From NCBI RefSeq assembly GCF_964204645.1, contig NC_134025.1, positions 31,290,299 to 31,354,298 on the forward strand: DNA of 64,000 bases. Direction: 5' to 3'. The stretch comes from Tubulanus polymorphus (Eukaryota; Animalia; Nemertea). Each line of letters begins with the position of its first letter. Within the stretch, counting starts at the first letter, position 1. The translations under genes and the position numbers were made by a program. The notes beneath the pieces were generated by a model. It had not been told where the DNA came from. It saw only the letters and a list, made by a program, of their open reading frames with translations, and ran no database searches. Positions 11,648 to 24,078 of the stretch are shown in pieces.

Positions 11648-11800
11648 AAGTCATCATTTCGATAAGTCGTCACATAACTGAAGCCATTTCTATTTTTTAG
11701 CTCTAATCTGTATTTCCAAATCAATTTACTAAATGTAAGTCATCATTTGGATAAGACTCATCATTATACTGAAGTTGTTTCTATTTTTAGGCCCAATTTG
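11648..11800. repeat. Dispersed repeat (AAGTCATCATTTxGATAAGTCGTCA), two tandem copies
   Basis: The same motif recurs at ~23020-23115, ~39015-39040 and, inverted, at ~43520-43660. Confidence 0.55.
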
Positions 11801-12444
11801 TGTTTAGTTTGTTACCTAATAATTGGCGGTAAGCTTTTATAACCTGATGGGTTTATACCAACCATTGCCGTTCATGAATTTATTCGATCATAAAACTAAA
11901 CCACAGATTACTGATTAAATTTGTATTTGAGTCGCAAGTTTTATTTCTAATTCAATTAAATTACCAGTTAACCATGATGATGAATTAAACAGTGTGTTCG
12001 ACTGTATTCAAAGGTTGTTTCAGAAATATCCGGGGTAATTTTTAAGTTCGATCAATTGCGTGTAAATGTAAAACATTGATGTATATAAAACGTTACAATG
12101 GATGCTACAAACATTGTTTGTATGTAGATATTTTTTTTTCAGTGTTTAGAACATGATAACAATGTAGCTACGTTACGTTATGTTACAATGTGATTATGTT
12201 ACGATGTAGCTATCTGTAATGTAGCTATATGTTACAATGCGAAGTGGTTATGTTACGTACATTGTAGCCACGTTACGATGTAGCCGCTATGTTACGTTGA
12301 GGCCGTGTTAGATTGTGATGGGTCACAGACCTCAAAAATACTTTTGACTCGAAAATAAAATTGAAAGTTGTAACAATGTACAGACAGAAAAAATAGACTT
12401 AGTCTTTCTTCTTGTTTCGTTTCATTTTATGGATGTTCTGGGCG

Positions 12445-12601
12445 AGAGCTCCATCTAGAGGCAATGTTGAGAATCATTGGCCTGACTGCTATGACGAGTC
12501 CTCCTCCACATACGGCCAATGTTCACAATCGTTGGCCTTAGATAAACCTAATTGCTATGACTAGAGCTCCACCTAGAGACAATGTTGAGAATCATTGGCC
12601 T
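12445..12601. repeat. Degenerate ~59-bp tandem repeat x3
   Basis: GAGCTCCA(T/C)CTAGAG(G/A)CAATGTTGAGAATCATTGGCCT at ~12446 and ~12564, with a diverged middle copy. Confidence 0.7.
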
Positions 12602-14155
12602 ATCTGTTGGACAGCCCTACTGCTGCGTGCATTGGTTACAGGTTTACAGGATGAACTGAAATAGCTCAACTACTCGACTGATCCCTTCTTTTGAATCTGT
12701 TTATTAATGCTCTAGAAAAAATCTTTTTTGGAGAAAAGTAATTAAAACGCTGTGTACATGCAACATATTGGCCGTATACGACTTGGTTAGCTGCTTGACG
12801 GCCAATACGACGCATTGTGACGTCCAGTAGAATGCACTACCATAATATAGTGCCATCTAACGAACGAAATCGGAACTACATCTTTCGTCATCCTCTAAGG
12901 CGCAAAATTTAGAATTTTAGAAATCACTTTTTAAGCGAATGCAATTCATTCATCGTTTGATATCTGTACATTTTTACACTGATGATTTGAAACAGGAGCT
13001 TTATCAGCTAAGCAACAGTCTGTGGGTTAAACCTAACTTCGAGTTGTCATTCTCAGTCAAACTCTAATTCAGAATTGTGGAATTCTAGATGCAGTATTTT
13101 TACACTGTTGTTAGCATAAAGTACGTGGTTTACTACGAAAGCCTGAGTTTTACTACGAACTGCAGCGGAGGAATTCTCAGTATAAAACCACGGAGCTCTA
13201 AATGGTTTTATGATGTAACGTTTTTTTAGATTGTGGTTCTGCTCCTCTTCGCCGGGTAATTCCTCACTGTTTGTAGTTAATCCTGATTCTGACATACCTC
13301 GAGCCGCCGCCTGCTCAGTCGAGAGGGGGATTTCTCCCTGAGATTCAGTAACATCTTGTTAGTGTTTTAACTAGACGAGAAAATATGCATCGTAGACACT
13401 CAAAACCACCAGCAACAGTTGAGCCTGATCCACACAGTCGAGTAGTTTTCTTCATGGTTCTAATATAACAGTGAAACTCAGTTCATTAATTTCATTTTCC
13501 AAAAAACTTATCAATCATTGATAAGAATCGATCAAAGCGGTCTCACACTTACTATGTGGCTGTTCTATTGGGACCAGTGATGACGAACCCATGTGGTCGA
13601 CAAACCCAGTGATCCAGAATGTGATTGTCGTTTACGGTCGATCCTTCTGTTCGGATTGTGGCCGGGAATGCACCGCGAACCAACTGTTGTCCAGGAAAAA
13701 AATATGCTTACTTAGATTCCTGGCCAATTTAATCCGGGCTCGAATGTTATTTTATCTGCGATGCGAATAAGTGAAGTTTGTTGTGATTGAACGGTCGAAT
13801 TTAGCGGCCATATTGACAGGGACAATGACCGGTGAATGGTGGCCGGAATTAGCCATGTCACAGCTGAAGTAGCAGACGATCTGACAAACAAAACACTACT
13901 TAAAATGTGCGAGTGTTTTCATACAAAAACTAGTTCGGATTATCAATGTTTGACCAGTTTAATCCGTTAAAACTGACACTTATTTCGCGAAATATGATTA
14001 ATTCAAGATATGTATCTCACAAATGAGAAGAGGTCGCCTTCTCAGCTCCATCATAACCTAACTTGGTGTAGATTTCATTTTTTTCAAATGTCACATCGCT
14101 TGACTATATGTACTATGCACTGATAGTTAGTAAGTGATGAAGTTGTCACCTCTCT

Positions 14156-14440
14156 GGTCGTGTCACCTTTCTGATTGTAAAATCATTATTTTATGTGACC
14201 ACAGTCAGTGAGGTTATGGTCAGTATGAGACGGCAAACAAACCTTACACAGACCACTCATGCGCGATCTATAGATTGACCAAATTGGTCAGTTTTGGGTT
14301 GTTCTGGTACAAACCAGTTTGTGGTGTGTACGACAAAGGTCACGTTATTGTTACGTGACGAAGGTAGCGGCTTCCCTTTATACCCGTCATGTACACGAGA
14401 ATCTCACAATGAAACAGCGACTAGAATGCAGTTTTTCCTA
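14156..14440 (+). repeat. ~280-bp dispersed repeat, copy 1
   Basis: Aligns by eye to the reverse complement of 22640-22917 (e.g. GGTCACGTTATTGTTACGTGACGAAGGTAGCGGCTTC). Confidence 0.85.
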
Positions 14441-16884
14441 GGATATTTGAGTCTGTACGTTGATTATTGATATAAATGACCAAAATGATACCGTTATTTC
14501 AAATAGAAGCTTCATTTGATCGTTATATTAAACCTTAGAGTTTTCAGAAATCCACTGCAATTTGCCCGACGTGGATGTAGAAATTTTTTTCTGGAAAATG
14601 GTTTTTTTAATGGTTGCTATGGGAATAGCGTTACTGACGTACAATATGAATGCCGGCTGTGTACGCGAACCGGAAAAATAGAGTTACGTAACAACGACAA
14701 TAAAAATGTTTACGTTTCGGTTTACCGGAAAATAACTTAATAACGTTGATGTTAAAAATACTGAGTTCAGCCGCAGCTTGAATGGAATAAACAGCGAGTT
14801 AGAAATATAACATCAGACAGGAACATGTAATTTACATCAGAATTGTAAACATTTAACATCACATTGTAAACAACGTTAGGGATTCATTACATTGTTAGTA
14901 TTTATTACTTTAGGACAATCTTTAAGATTGAGTTTGTCTACAAAGTAACAAATGTAGACATTTTAAGATATTGTCTACAAGGTGTCTACAAAACAGACGC
15001 TTCATTTTACAGATATTTCTTACTTGGTAGACGAAACATTCTTTACTTTGTATTGTTTTTTAGTTTCATCTCTGATTCACATGCAATGTAGGCATTTTCA
15101 AAAGTGTCATCACTTTTGGAAAAACTTTTCGCAGCATCCATAGTGGATGAATTATCGTTTTTCGTTGTGGCTGTGTTTGGTTTGGAGATTGATGCTAGAC
15201 TTCGTCACGCGATTAAAACTTTCAAGAATAATCAACAGATATCCACATACAATACGCACATATACATTTCTTAACAGATACAATTCTTTGTTCGTTTTTG
15301 AAGATACTAACAAAGCGGCGAATCGACGACAGATTAGTGCGTGACCTCTACGATTTCCGCAAGTAACAGATGGCGAATGTATGCACGATTATTTTAACAG
15401 TAAGAACGCTTTAAATTTCCAATTTAAAAAGAATTCACGACATCAGAGTCTAAAGCGTAACGTGACCCCGCGTGAAATGCGCGGTCATGGCAGTTATCAG
15501 CTTGATTAAACCCGTCACATACATGCTGTCATTCGCTTTCTCTACACGCGCATCCAATCTTTCAGACTGATTTTGCGGTTTTTTTTACGCTCGTCTCACA
15601 TATGTCTAAAATCTAAGAGGCTGGTTACCGAGCTGCAGACAACTCATCTCCTACTAGCTAGCTTTGTAACCTGAAATAATAACTAAATAGAAGTGTCATT
15701 CTTATATAAAGATCGCGGGAGCAATTAAATTGTTTTTACTGCGCAGCGTTTAGGGCGGACGATGTCTGGATCCTTGTCACTGTTGTCGCACGTGTTCACT
15801 TCTAAAGCTTTCGGTAAAAAATAGTTGTTTAAGTTTTTGAGACGATTGAAAGCCTCCTTCTCTTCGCGCACCCGGCCAAACAATAGTTTCGTATCTTCTT
15901 TATCATCGAGTTGAATTTTGATACTCCTCAGCTGCTACCGAGCACAAAAGCTTGTGTTTCTTTCATATACTTCAATAACAATAACTATATTTTCTATTTG
16001 AATCAATGATGAATTCATAAACTGATTTTAGAACGGTTTAAGCCTTTACGATAAGTATCGAAAAAATCCGTTCGCCTCATGAGCCGGTTATAAACATGCG
16101 CCGATCTGGGAATAGTACATTTACACGGATACCGATCAGAACAACATCATCTGATGAACTGAAGCGAGGAGTAATGAATGATTCGCTATAAATGCGAGTT
16201 TATGGTTAGATTTAGAAAGTCTGAAGTCGCCAAGTAAAGACGATTTTACGTAATTTGCCCTCGAAAGATTACGCTGATTTAACATTGAGTTGTTGAGAAA
16301 ATCGTTAGCGTTTAGGATGGAATGGTTTTATGAGCGAGAGCAATTCCGCATTGAATATAGAAATATTTCATTCAGTTTGTGATAAGAGGAGTAATTGAGT
16401 GCGCAGTCTCCCTCAAGGCATATCACTCTTCATCTATCTCTATCTATCAATTCCTCGAAATATCCATCAATTATTGATCATAAATTTCTGGGAATCGAAT
16501 TAAGATTTCCTCATACCACGTCACGACAAGAAACACACAGAAATTGTCAACAAGAAAAAAGATACGGAGAAAAAGACAAGAAAAGATAATGTACTTTAAA
16601 TAAAGATATGGAGGAGTTGTTGATCTTCAGTGACTGTAAACCCGGGTCCACACCTGCCTGATCCAGTTTCACAGAAAATCTCTGCACTCTGGGAATCCAA
16701 AATGTTTCCTTGTGGTTTGACAGTCGACGTTTCGAGTATTAAGGACTCTTTTTTTATTTTGTGCCCGGAGATAGTGTCTCATCATTACAACACGGGAATC
16801 ATGGTGATCTATATCTAAGTCTAGTGTGACGTAATGCAGAACCCTACGCGGCCTTGTACCACATAACGGTAGTGGGTCCTGTAG

Positions 16885-17029
16885 GGTGGGGTATGAAACA
16901 CGGCCCCGGCCCCGGCCGCGGCCGCGGCCACACGTCTGGAACACGGTCCCGGCCGCGGCCGCACATGTCTTAAACACGGCCGCGGCCGCTCTTTTTTTTC
17001 GTTTAAATGGCCGTGTTTCAGACCCTACC
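16885..17029. mobile_element. 145-bp GC-rich MITE, probably Mutator-like
   Basis: 21-bp TIR GGTGGGGTATGAAACACGGCC / GGCCGTGTTTCAGACCCTACC (2 mismatches); flanking direct repeat GTCCTGTAG / GTCCTGTAA (8 of 9); internal AACACGG...GGCCGCGGCC repeats. Confidence 0.8.
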
Positions 17030-20000
17030 GTCCTGTAATAAAACTCTATCAGTATCAAAACGCATTTCATTTCACCGTCTGACGTTCACTATTGATAGAT
17101 AGTCCAATATCCGGTTCCGGAAATAAGGCTGCGCACTTGACTGATTTTTTCGCGCTGAAGTTAATTTTATAAACGATCGACGCTCTAAACTCTGTATAAA
17201 ACAAATACTGTGACGTGAGGTCTGGGGTTGACGTGAGTCCCGTCAACGAGGTCTGGAAGGCGACCTGCGTTAGACACTGCATCAGACACGAGTAACTCTC
17301 GTTCCCTCTCTCAGACTCTACATCGAAAAGAAAAAATACTATCCAGAATTTATTGTCATTTGACCTGAATAGAACTAGGTCTAGTCAGAATCAGAAACTT
17401 AGGAACCACCAGGTGTGGTAGTCGAATAGTGTTTATACTAAAAACAGGACATGAATTTTTAAGGAGTTTTTCAGTGAGATGCTGAATGACGTCAATGAAC
17501 GAAATACCGGATTCACGCCGACTATACTCAGTTCCTCAGACTATTATGAGCTAAGTAACTGTCAAATCAACTGACCTGGCGCTCTTTTACCAATCCGATA
17601 ACATCATTAAGACAAGTCTGGGCCAATTTTGGTTCTAACATCTAGCAACTTAATATGTCAAATTCGCCTAAAGTAATTAACATCAGATTGAGTGGATTTT
17701 GGTAAAAAATTCACACATGGAAAGATTTAACCGACCATTCAAAGCCCATTTTGGTTCTAACCAATCTAATAAGACCAGTCCCTGGTTCATGCCAGTAAAG
17801 CCTATTGTTTTTTTTCTGTATGTATCGCCAATCTGACAACTTCTGCCGCATCTTGAGATTTAGACTGCGCAACTGCCGGGACCTCTGATCTAACAACTTT
17901 ACCAGTGTAAGCTTATTTTACAGCTATAACTGATCTGGTCTAAAGTCTGTTGGATTTCTTTAACTGGCCCCTTGATAATGAACGAGACAGACGATACGAA
18001 AATCTATCAGACGGATTTAGAGTAGCATCCTGATCCTCCTTCTCCCCCTGCCTCCCAGCAGCCGCAGCAGCCGCAGCAGCCGCAGCAGCAGTATCGATAA
18101 AAATAATCAGTACTCTCTCAATTTGACTCAATTTTCCCAGGCACCATCTCCTCATAATCTAATATGCACAAATGCACGATAGGAGATATTAACAAACAGC
18201 AAAGCAAATAATGGATTACACAAAAACTTATACTAAATATTCCCAAGATGTGAGCAATAATTCCTCGTAGCAGTAAATCAACATAGAGCTTCAACGTTTG
18301 TCTATATTTGTCTATTTGGCGGTAATTGTATCGCAGATCATCTAAAGGCTGATTTTTCTGCTCATAAATACTGACAGTAGTATAAAGGCTGAAGAGTCCA
18401 AAGTCTGCAGTGTTAGCTCTTACAGCCATAAACATGAGTAGAGTCATTGACCGAGACAGTTACACTACCACGAGTTTCTCCGAGTTCCGTGTATTCCCTG
18501 TGAGGAAAACTCAATGGATCCATGATTCCACAATTCAGATAAACTCACAACATTACTGTGGAACTGAGTTCGGGATCTACTTCGGCACAATTCCTTAAAT
18601 TTGACTCGAGCTGGATAATTTGAAAATAAGGCCTATTTCTAACTCACAACTATGGAACTGGATCCAATAAACTTTTTTGACTACCTTCTTTGAGCTATCT
18701 TTATTTCGCTCCAACTTAAGCTTTTATGTACTTGGAGTATTTTGAGCCAGAAAATGAATCATATATGACATCTAAACGAATTTGTATCGTACATAGGAAA
18801 AGAAATGCCATATAGGCTCTCTGCATCAAACATCTAGATGAGTCACGTCAGGGACTAGACCCCTACCCGTAGCGCCACCTACACCTGACGGTGAATAAGC
18901 GTGTGATTCAAACGCTCAGCCACCGTCTGCGAACTGATGATCTATGACCATAAAACTGAAACTAATCTTTGTGACAACTGTGAATTTAACATCATTATTG
19001 ATAAAATATTCTAATCTTAACGATCAGGTTTATTACTAGACGTTATAGAGCAGGCACTTAAAGGTCCATATTTTATGGATAGTAAACATGACATGTGGTT
19101 TAGTATCTCACAGACAACTTCATTTTACAATTTTATGAATTAAGTGTTTTGTTCGAACAAAGATAAAAATGAGTTATAGAAAAATAGCTCGTTGTGCGAA
19201 GCGATGTTATCTCAGAAATTGAGCAGATAGGCCGCTTTACACGACGATGGCGTGGCATTAATTCATAGAATTGCCTGAATGAATTAAATCTTTTGTTTGA
19301 ATAAAAAAATTTAAGCCAAAAATTAGCCGCAAACTCATACGAAACTGCAGTCCATCATGTGACATCATCCGTGTGTAGTGTGGACATTACTGCAGACACC
19401 AGGATCCGCTTTCAAAAATATACAATAAAATTGTCAAAAAGCGACATCTGTTTCTAGGCGACCACTTGAAATTAACTGCCGGCGGCGATTGTTGGATTAA
19501 AACACAGTGAAAAGACGGCACTTTCTTTGAGCTGTAAAGGATGTGACCACTCCTCCTCCCTCCTGCCAGATCATCCCAGTTATAGCCTCGCAGTGTCAGA
19601 CGCCGCCGCCGCAGATTCATCACTATTTGAATCTTTATTGTTTTTGTGGTAGAGATATGTATTTATATATGTGTTTAGTTAGCGCTACAGGCGTTTTATC
19701 TTTATTCTAACCAAATCCCATCTGTGCTCCGAGAACCAAGGCTTAAAACACTCCCATTCATTGTTTTATTTTCTAAATCCGGCGGCATTTTGAATCTTTA
19801 TTGTTTTTTAAATTGGTTTTTTGAATTAAGCCACGGAGAGATCGACGCGCGGCGGCAGCGGCATAATCTGACGTGTCGGTCTCGACAAAAAATGAAAATC
19901 GTAAATTCGTGATTTTATGGCATCGAACCCGGGTTAAAGCACATTTATCCAGCCGCATCATGTTTTACGGTTGCGCTTAGATTTTATATCAGAATCGTGA

Positions 20001-20350
20001 GCCCTGTATCGAGCTCTCCGTGTCAGGCTGTTTGTGTCATTAAATTTACAATGTTTGATGTTAATTGTAAATAAAGTAGGTTTTCTTGTAACCTGATTTG
20101 TGATACTTCTGTTACTAACGAGGTTAATCATGCATGTGTAGGTCTCTACCACGTTAAAATGGGACTGGTGGTCCATATTCCAAATAATAAGTCTGGAAAC
20201 ATCAGGATTGCCATCAGAGATCTGAACTAGAAATTCAAATACTGTAATTTATTAAAAACCATTTATCAGAAATCATATTTCAACGCTGTTATTTTCATGC
20301 AAAAGAATATCGTTTTAAAAAACCTTTGAGACGTAAATATCCTGAGAGCG

Positions 20351-20452
20351 GTCACGTGGCTGGTCACCTGGTGACTGACACGAGTCACGTGTTCAGTCAC
20401 CTGGTGACCAATTCTCACGACCGCTGATTGAGAGCTGCAGACGATTCTCACG
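20351..20452. promoter_or_regulatory. Candidate bHLH + Su(H)/CSL enhancer
   Basis: CACGTG x2, CACCTG x2 and CACGAG, then TTCTCACG (= CGTGAGAA) at 20412-20419 and 20445-20452. Confidence 0.4.
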
Positions 20453-22639
20453 ATGACGCAAAAACCGCATAAAAATCACAACATTAATTACGGCGCATGC
20501 AGCGACCATTAAACCAACTGTTCTTGTTAAATCGTGTGAATCACAGAGTGTAATATCGTCCCTGGAGAGAACCAGTCCTTAAATCGGCGGCAGTTTAGTA
20601 ATCTGTCTCCTAGGAGTGGGCGAGGACTTAAAAACACTGGTGAAATCGGCTTCATGGAAAAAAGCCTAATCTACATATTTCACACTCCGGAACTGGACTG
20701 AGTTTCACGTTCGGCTTTTAAGTCGAAGTATAAAACCACAAAGTTTTGAGTTTAGTCGCGTAATGAGAGAGTGATGGGTATAGAATATTATGGGCGTTTA
20801 GTATTTGCAAGTTCCCCGGAGAATAAACCCGCAGATAAAACCACATCTGTCCAGGCTATTACACAATGCTAATTGTTCTGTGACAACATCCTTTATTCCA
20901 GTGCGATATGGAGACATTTAACTGGCCGGCCCACTCACCCTCCCAGTTTATAGTCGATCAATCAAAAACATCGTCTGAGCCCTTTGTATACTGACTGTAT
21001 GGTTGTATACCACTAGAAATATCCTGTAACATATCCTTAGAAAAACCTGGGACACTACGATATGTTAACAATCACCAAACGCCACAAACCTGTATCTACC
21101 ACAAAACCCCTTACCCCCGATACTATATGATGTATTCTTCCGACAACTGCCCTTTACCTAATCCCGATACCCCCTGGAAAAATTGAATAGCATTCGAACT
21201 GCAAATGTTTGAGATGATCTTACACTGACTTAATGATTATAGAGATGTCTCTACTCAATGTAGAAAATGAAAGATGCAGAATGAACGAAGATCTATGTGA
21301 AACTCACTGACTCAGAAATGACATATGTTTTTAAGTGTCGCGCTTTACAAAGATGCTATCGACAAAACTACATTGATCGTCTTTAAGGAAAAAATAATCG
21401 TGATATTTCGTGTCTTGGCGACTGTTTGATATATCGTGTAAGATTTATGAGACGGTTTGATAGGATCTCACCACATTCATTCAGTTTCTCCTCATCAGGT
21501 TATCTCGGACAGATGGCCCAAAAGGAATCATCCTAAATTCGCTGAATTTCGATTCATCATTTTTGTGGATGTCTTAGATTCGACAGGTGTTGTTTGTCTG
21601 TCCATCTGTTGGTCACATGTATTCCATCACATCCGGTCACGGATCAACCGAAAATTGATGTTAAATTCATACGAATGAATTCGAATCATAGATATACCCT
21701 TAATTAAACCTCCAACTGTCTCTGTGAGGTCCCGTGTCCTTTTACTGAGCTGAGTCAATGGAAAATTTGTTCATTTTAAAATATCCTCAAGGCGTTTGAA
21801 GCGATCTGAAGATGGGAATTGTTGATCTGCCTAATTACGTTTTAAGCATCACGCTTATAACTTACAATGTATTATAACAATGTATTTACGATTTATATAC
21901 ATTGGTACAATGCATGTAACAATGCTTCGACGATTTTGATCCGGTACATGGCAACCATTATACTTTCTCCAAATGACGGCCTGTTGACAAAATCGGACAG
22001 AGAAGAAACTGAGGGCGAAGTTCTACAGCGGTTTGATTTGACTCACAGTTTAAAACCTCATTGAAAATGAATTGATTTAACACAGAGTTTACTCTAACTG
22101 ACAGCTGTCTCCTTCGAGTTGTGAGTTGAAATTTTTGACCATTGAGAGTCAAAATATTGGAAAAAGTCACAGTTCCGCAGACTTAGTTAAGTCTGACTAT
22201 ATTTGAATCCTAACCGATTTCGTCACATCGCTGGCTCTACGTAGAACTTATGGAACTAAGTCCCAGTTTTATAGACTGGTATCAACTTTAACTTTAGTTG
22301 TGGCCTCTGGGTTTGAATCGGGATCAGTCCATAAAAATCCTGCCCCAGAGTTGTATCATCGGAAGTTATGATAAAGACTATTGACCCAAGTCCAGTCTCT
22401 CAAGAGCTGATTGCAATTAAATTAGCTGTGGTCAAGTGGTCAGTTGGTCAGTTGATTGATAAACGGATGGATGGGAAGTCACAAGGGAGGCAATCATTTC
22501 TCCCAGAGTATCTAAGTTAATTATGAAAAACCGATTTATGTCAATGTTGCCCTGAAGGAGAGGGCAGTATTACCAGAGAAAAAAAACTGGTCACTAATTG
22601 CGATGATCAGATAGCAGGACTCGGCGTCAGAATGCGTAT

Positions 22640-22917
22640 TTCTCGAAAACTGCAGTTTCTTCGTCAGATTCTCGTGTACAGGACGGGTATAAAGTGAAGC
22701 CGCTACCTTCGTCACGTAACAATAACGTGACCTTTTGTCGTACAGGCCACAAACTGGTTTGTACCAGAACAATCCAAATCCGACCTATTTGGTCAATCTA
22801 TAGATTGCGTATGAGCGGTCTGTGTAAGGTTTGTTTGCCGTCTCGATCTGATCATAATCTCACTGACTGTGGTCACATAACATGAGGATTACACAACCAG
22901 ACAGAGTGACACGACCA
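22640..22917 (-). repeat. ~280-bp dispersed repeat, copy 2 (inverted)
   Basis: Reverse complement of 14156-14440 with scattered substitutions and small indels. Confidence 0.85.
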
Positions 22918-23981
22918 CAATTTTGACAGGAACATTTGAAGTTTTCAATTCATAGCCAGAATTCACCCAAAACTGTGAAACTGGGTCCAGATCGTGATAT
23001 TAAAAACTAATTCGATGATGTCGTCATTTGGATAAGTCGTCATTACCAAATTGAGACCAAATTTGTACTTTCAATTCAGTTTACTAAGTGTCAGTCATCA
23101 TTTGGATGATAGGTCATTGTCCCAACATACTACAACTTAAGCATCAACTTCGTATAAATCATTTCAGTTTCCTAGGTGTATATAATTTGTTTGAAATCTG
23201 ACAATTTATTGAGCATCATTTAGTTTGTGGTATGTTTATTATTTGAGTGTTGTCTCTACGCGACGACGTACAATGTTGGATGTTTCAAATTCTTCGTCAC
23301 ATTTCTACCCCGAGGCGGTCGCCATTGTGTTCAGAATTCGAATAAAAGACTTTCACTGATTTATATTGAATACAACAGGAAATCAACTCTTGAGATTTGA
23401 AGTCAGATTCTTCATTCAACCGTTCACTGAACTGCAGACTAAATTGAATAGAGAATCTTTAGTTAGAATTCAGGTCAAACTATAGTCTGTCAACTTCCGC
23501 CTAGAATCAATGGCGGATAGTTCTATAAATCAATATAACTTCTGACCCAATAAACACGGGTTCTCTTCATCACGGGCCCTCAAAATATGAAAATGTCTCC
23601 ATAGAACAACCGTAGATGAAATCAACTAACTCTAAATGGATATGATTAATTTCGATATATCTGTTCTATGATTAGTGATTCTACATCTTTTTAGAATTCA
23701 ATAGACCCTAAAATAATACAATTATCTATAATTGCATTGAAAAATAAAAACTTTGTATTGTTTGTTCGTTTGTTTACCTTGATTTATAAACATTGTTGGG
23801 ATCTTGATCTTCCAAAACTAACCACTTATGGATTGTTTAACCTGATGACGGGTATATATGACATCAGGCCTGCGCAAAGTTGATGGAAAGCGTGGAATCT
23901 GGTGTCGTAACCAGAAGTGCTAGAAAATGATCTTAACCCAACTCAAATAGAATATGTACAAATGATGTCATAGCATAGGTC

Positions 23982-24078
23982 CAGGGCCCAGTTCCAAAGT
24001 CGATTCATAACTCTTTGATAAGTCGTCTTAGTTTTTAGATTGGTTATAGAACTAAAGACGATCACAGTTCAAGCCCTG
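23982..24078. mobile_element. MITE family A, degenerate copy
   Basis: CAGGGCCCAGTTCCAAAGTC...GATTGGTTATAGAACTAA...GCCCTG. Confidence 0.5.

Larger units (their letters stand above)
10370..12360 (+). terminator. Candidate proximal and distal WTAP polyA signals (long 3' UTR)
   Basis: AATAAA at ~10373 and ~10393 followed by a U/GU-rich tract; a second AATAAA at 12354-12359 followed by a U-rich tract. Confidence 0.4.

Noticed and set aside
16669-17070. 133-aa minus-strand ORF with GRGRGR
   Set aside because: Open only because it crosses the GC-rich MITE; no coding features.
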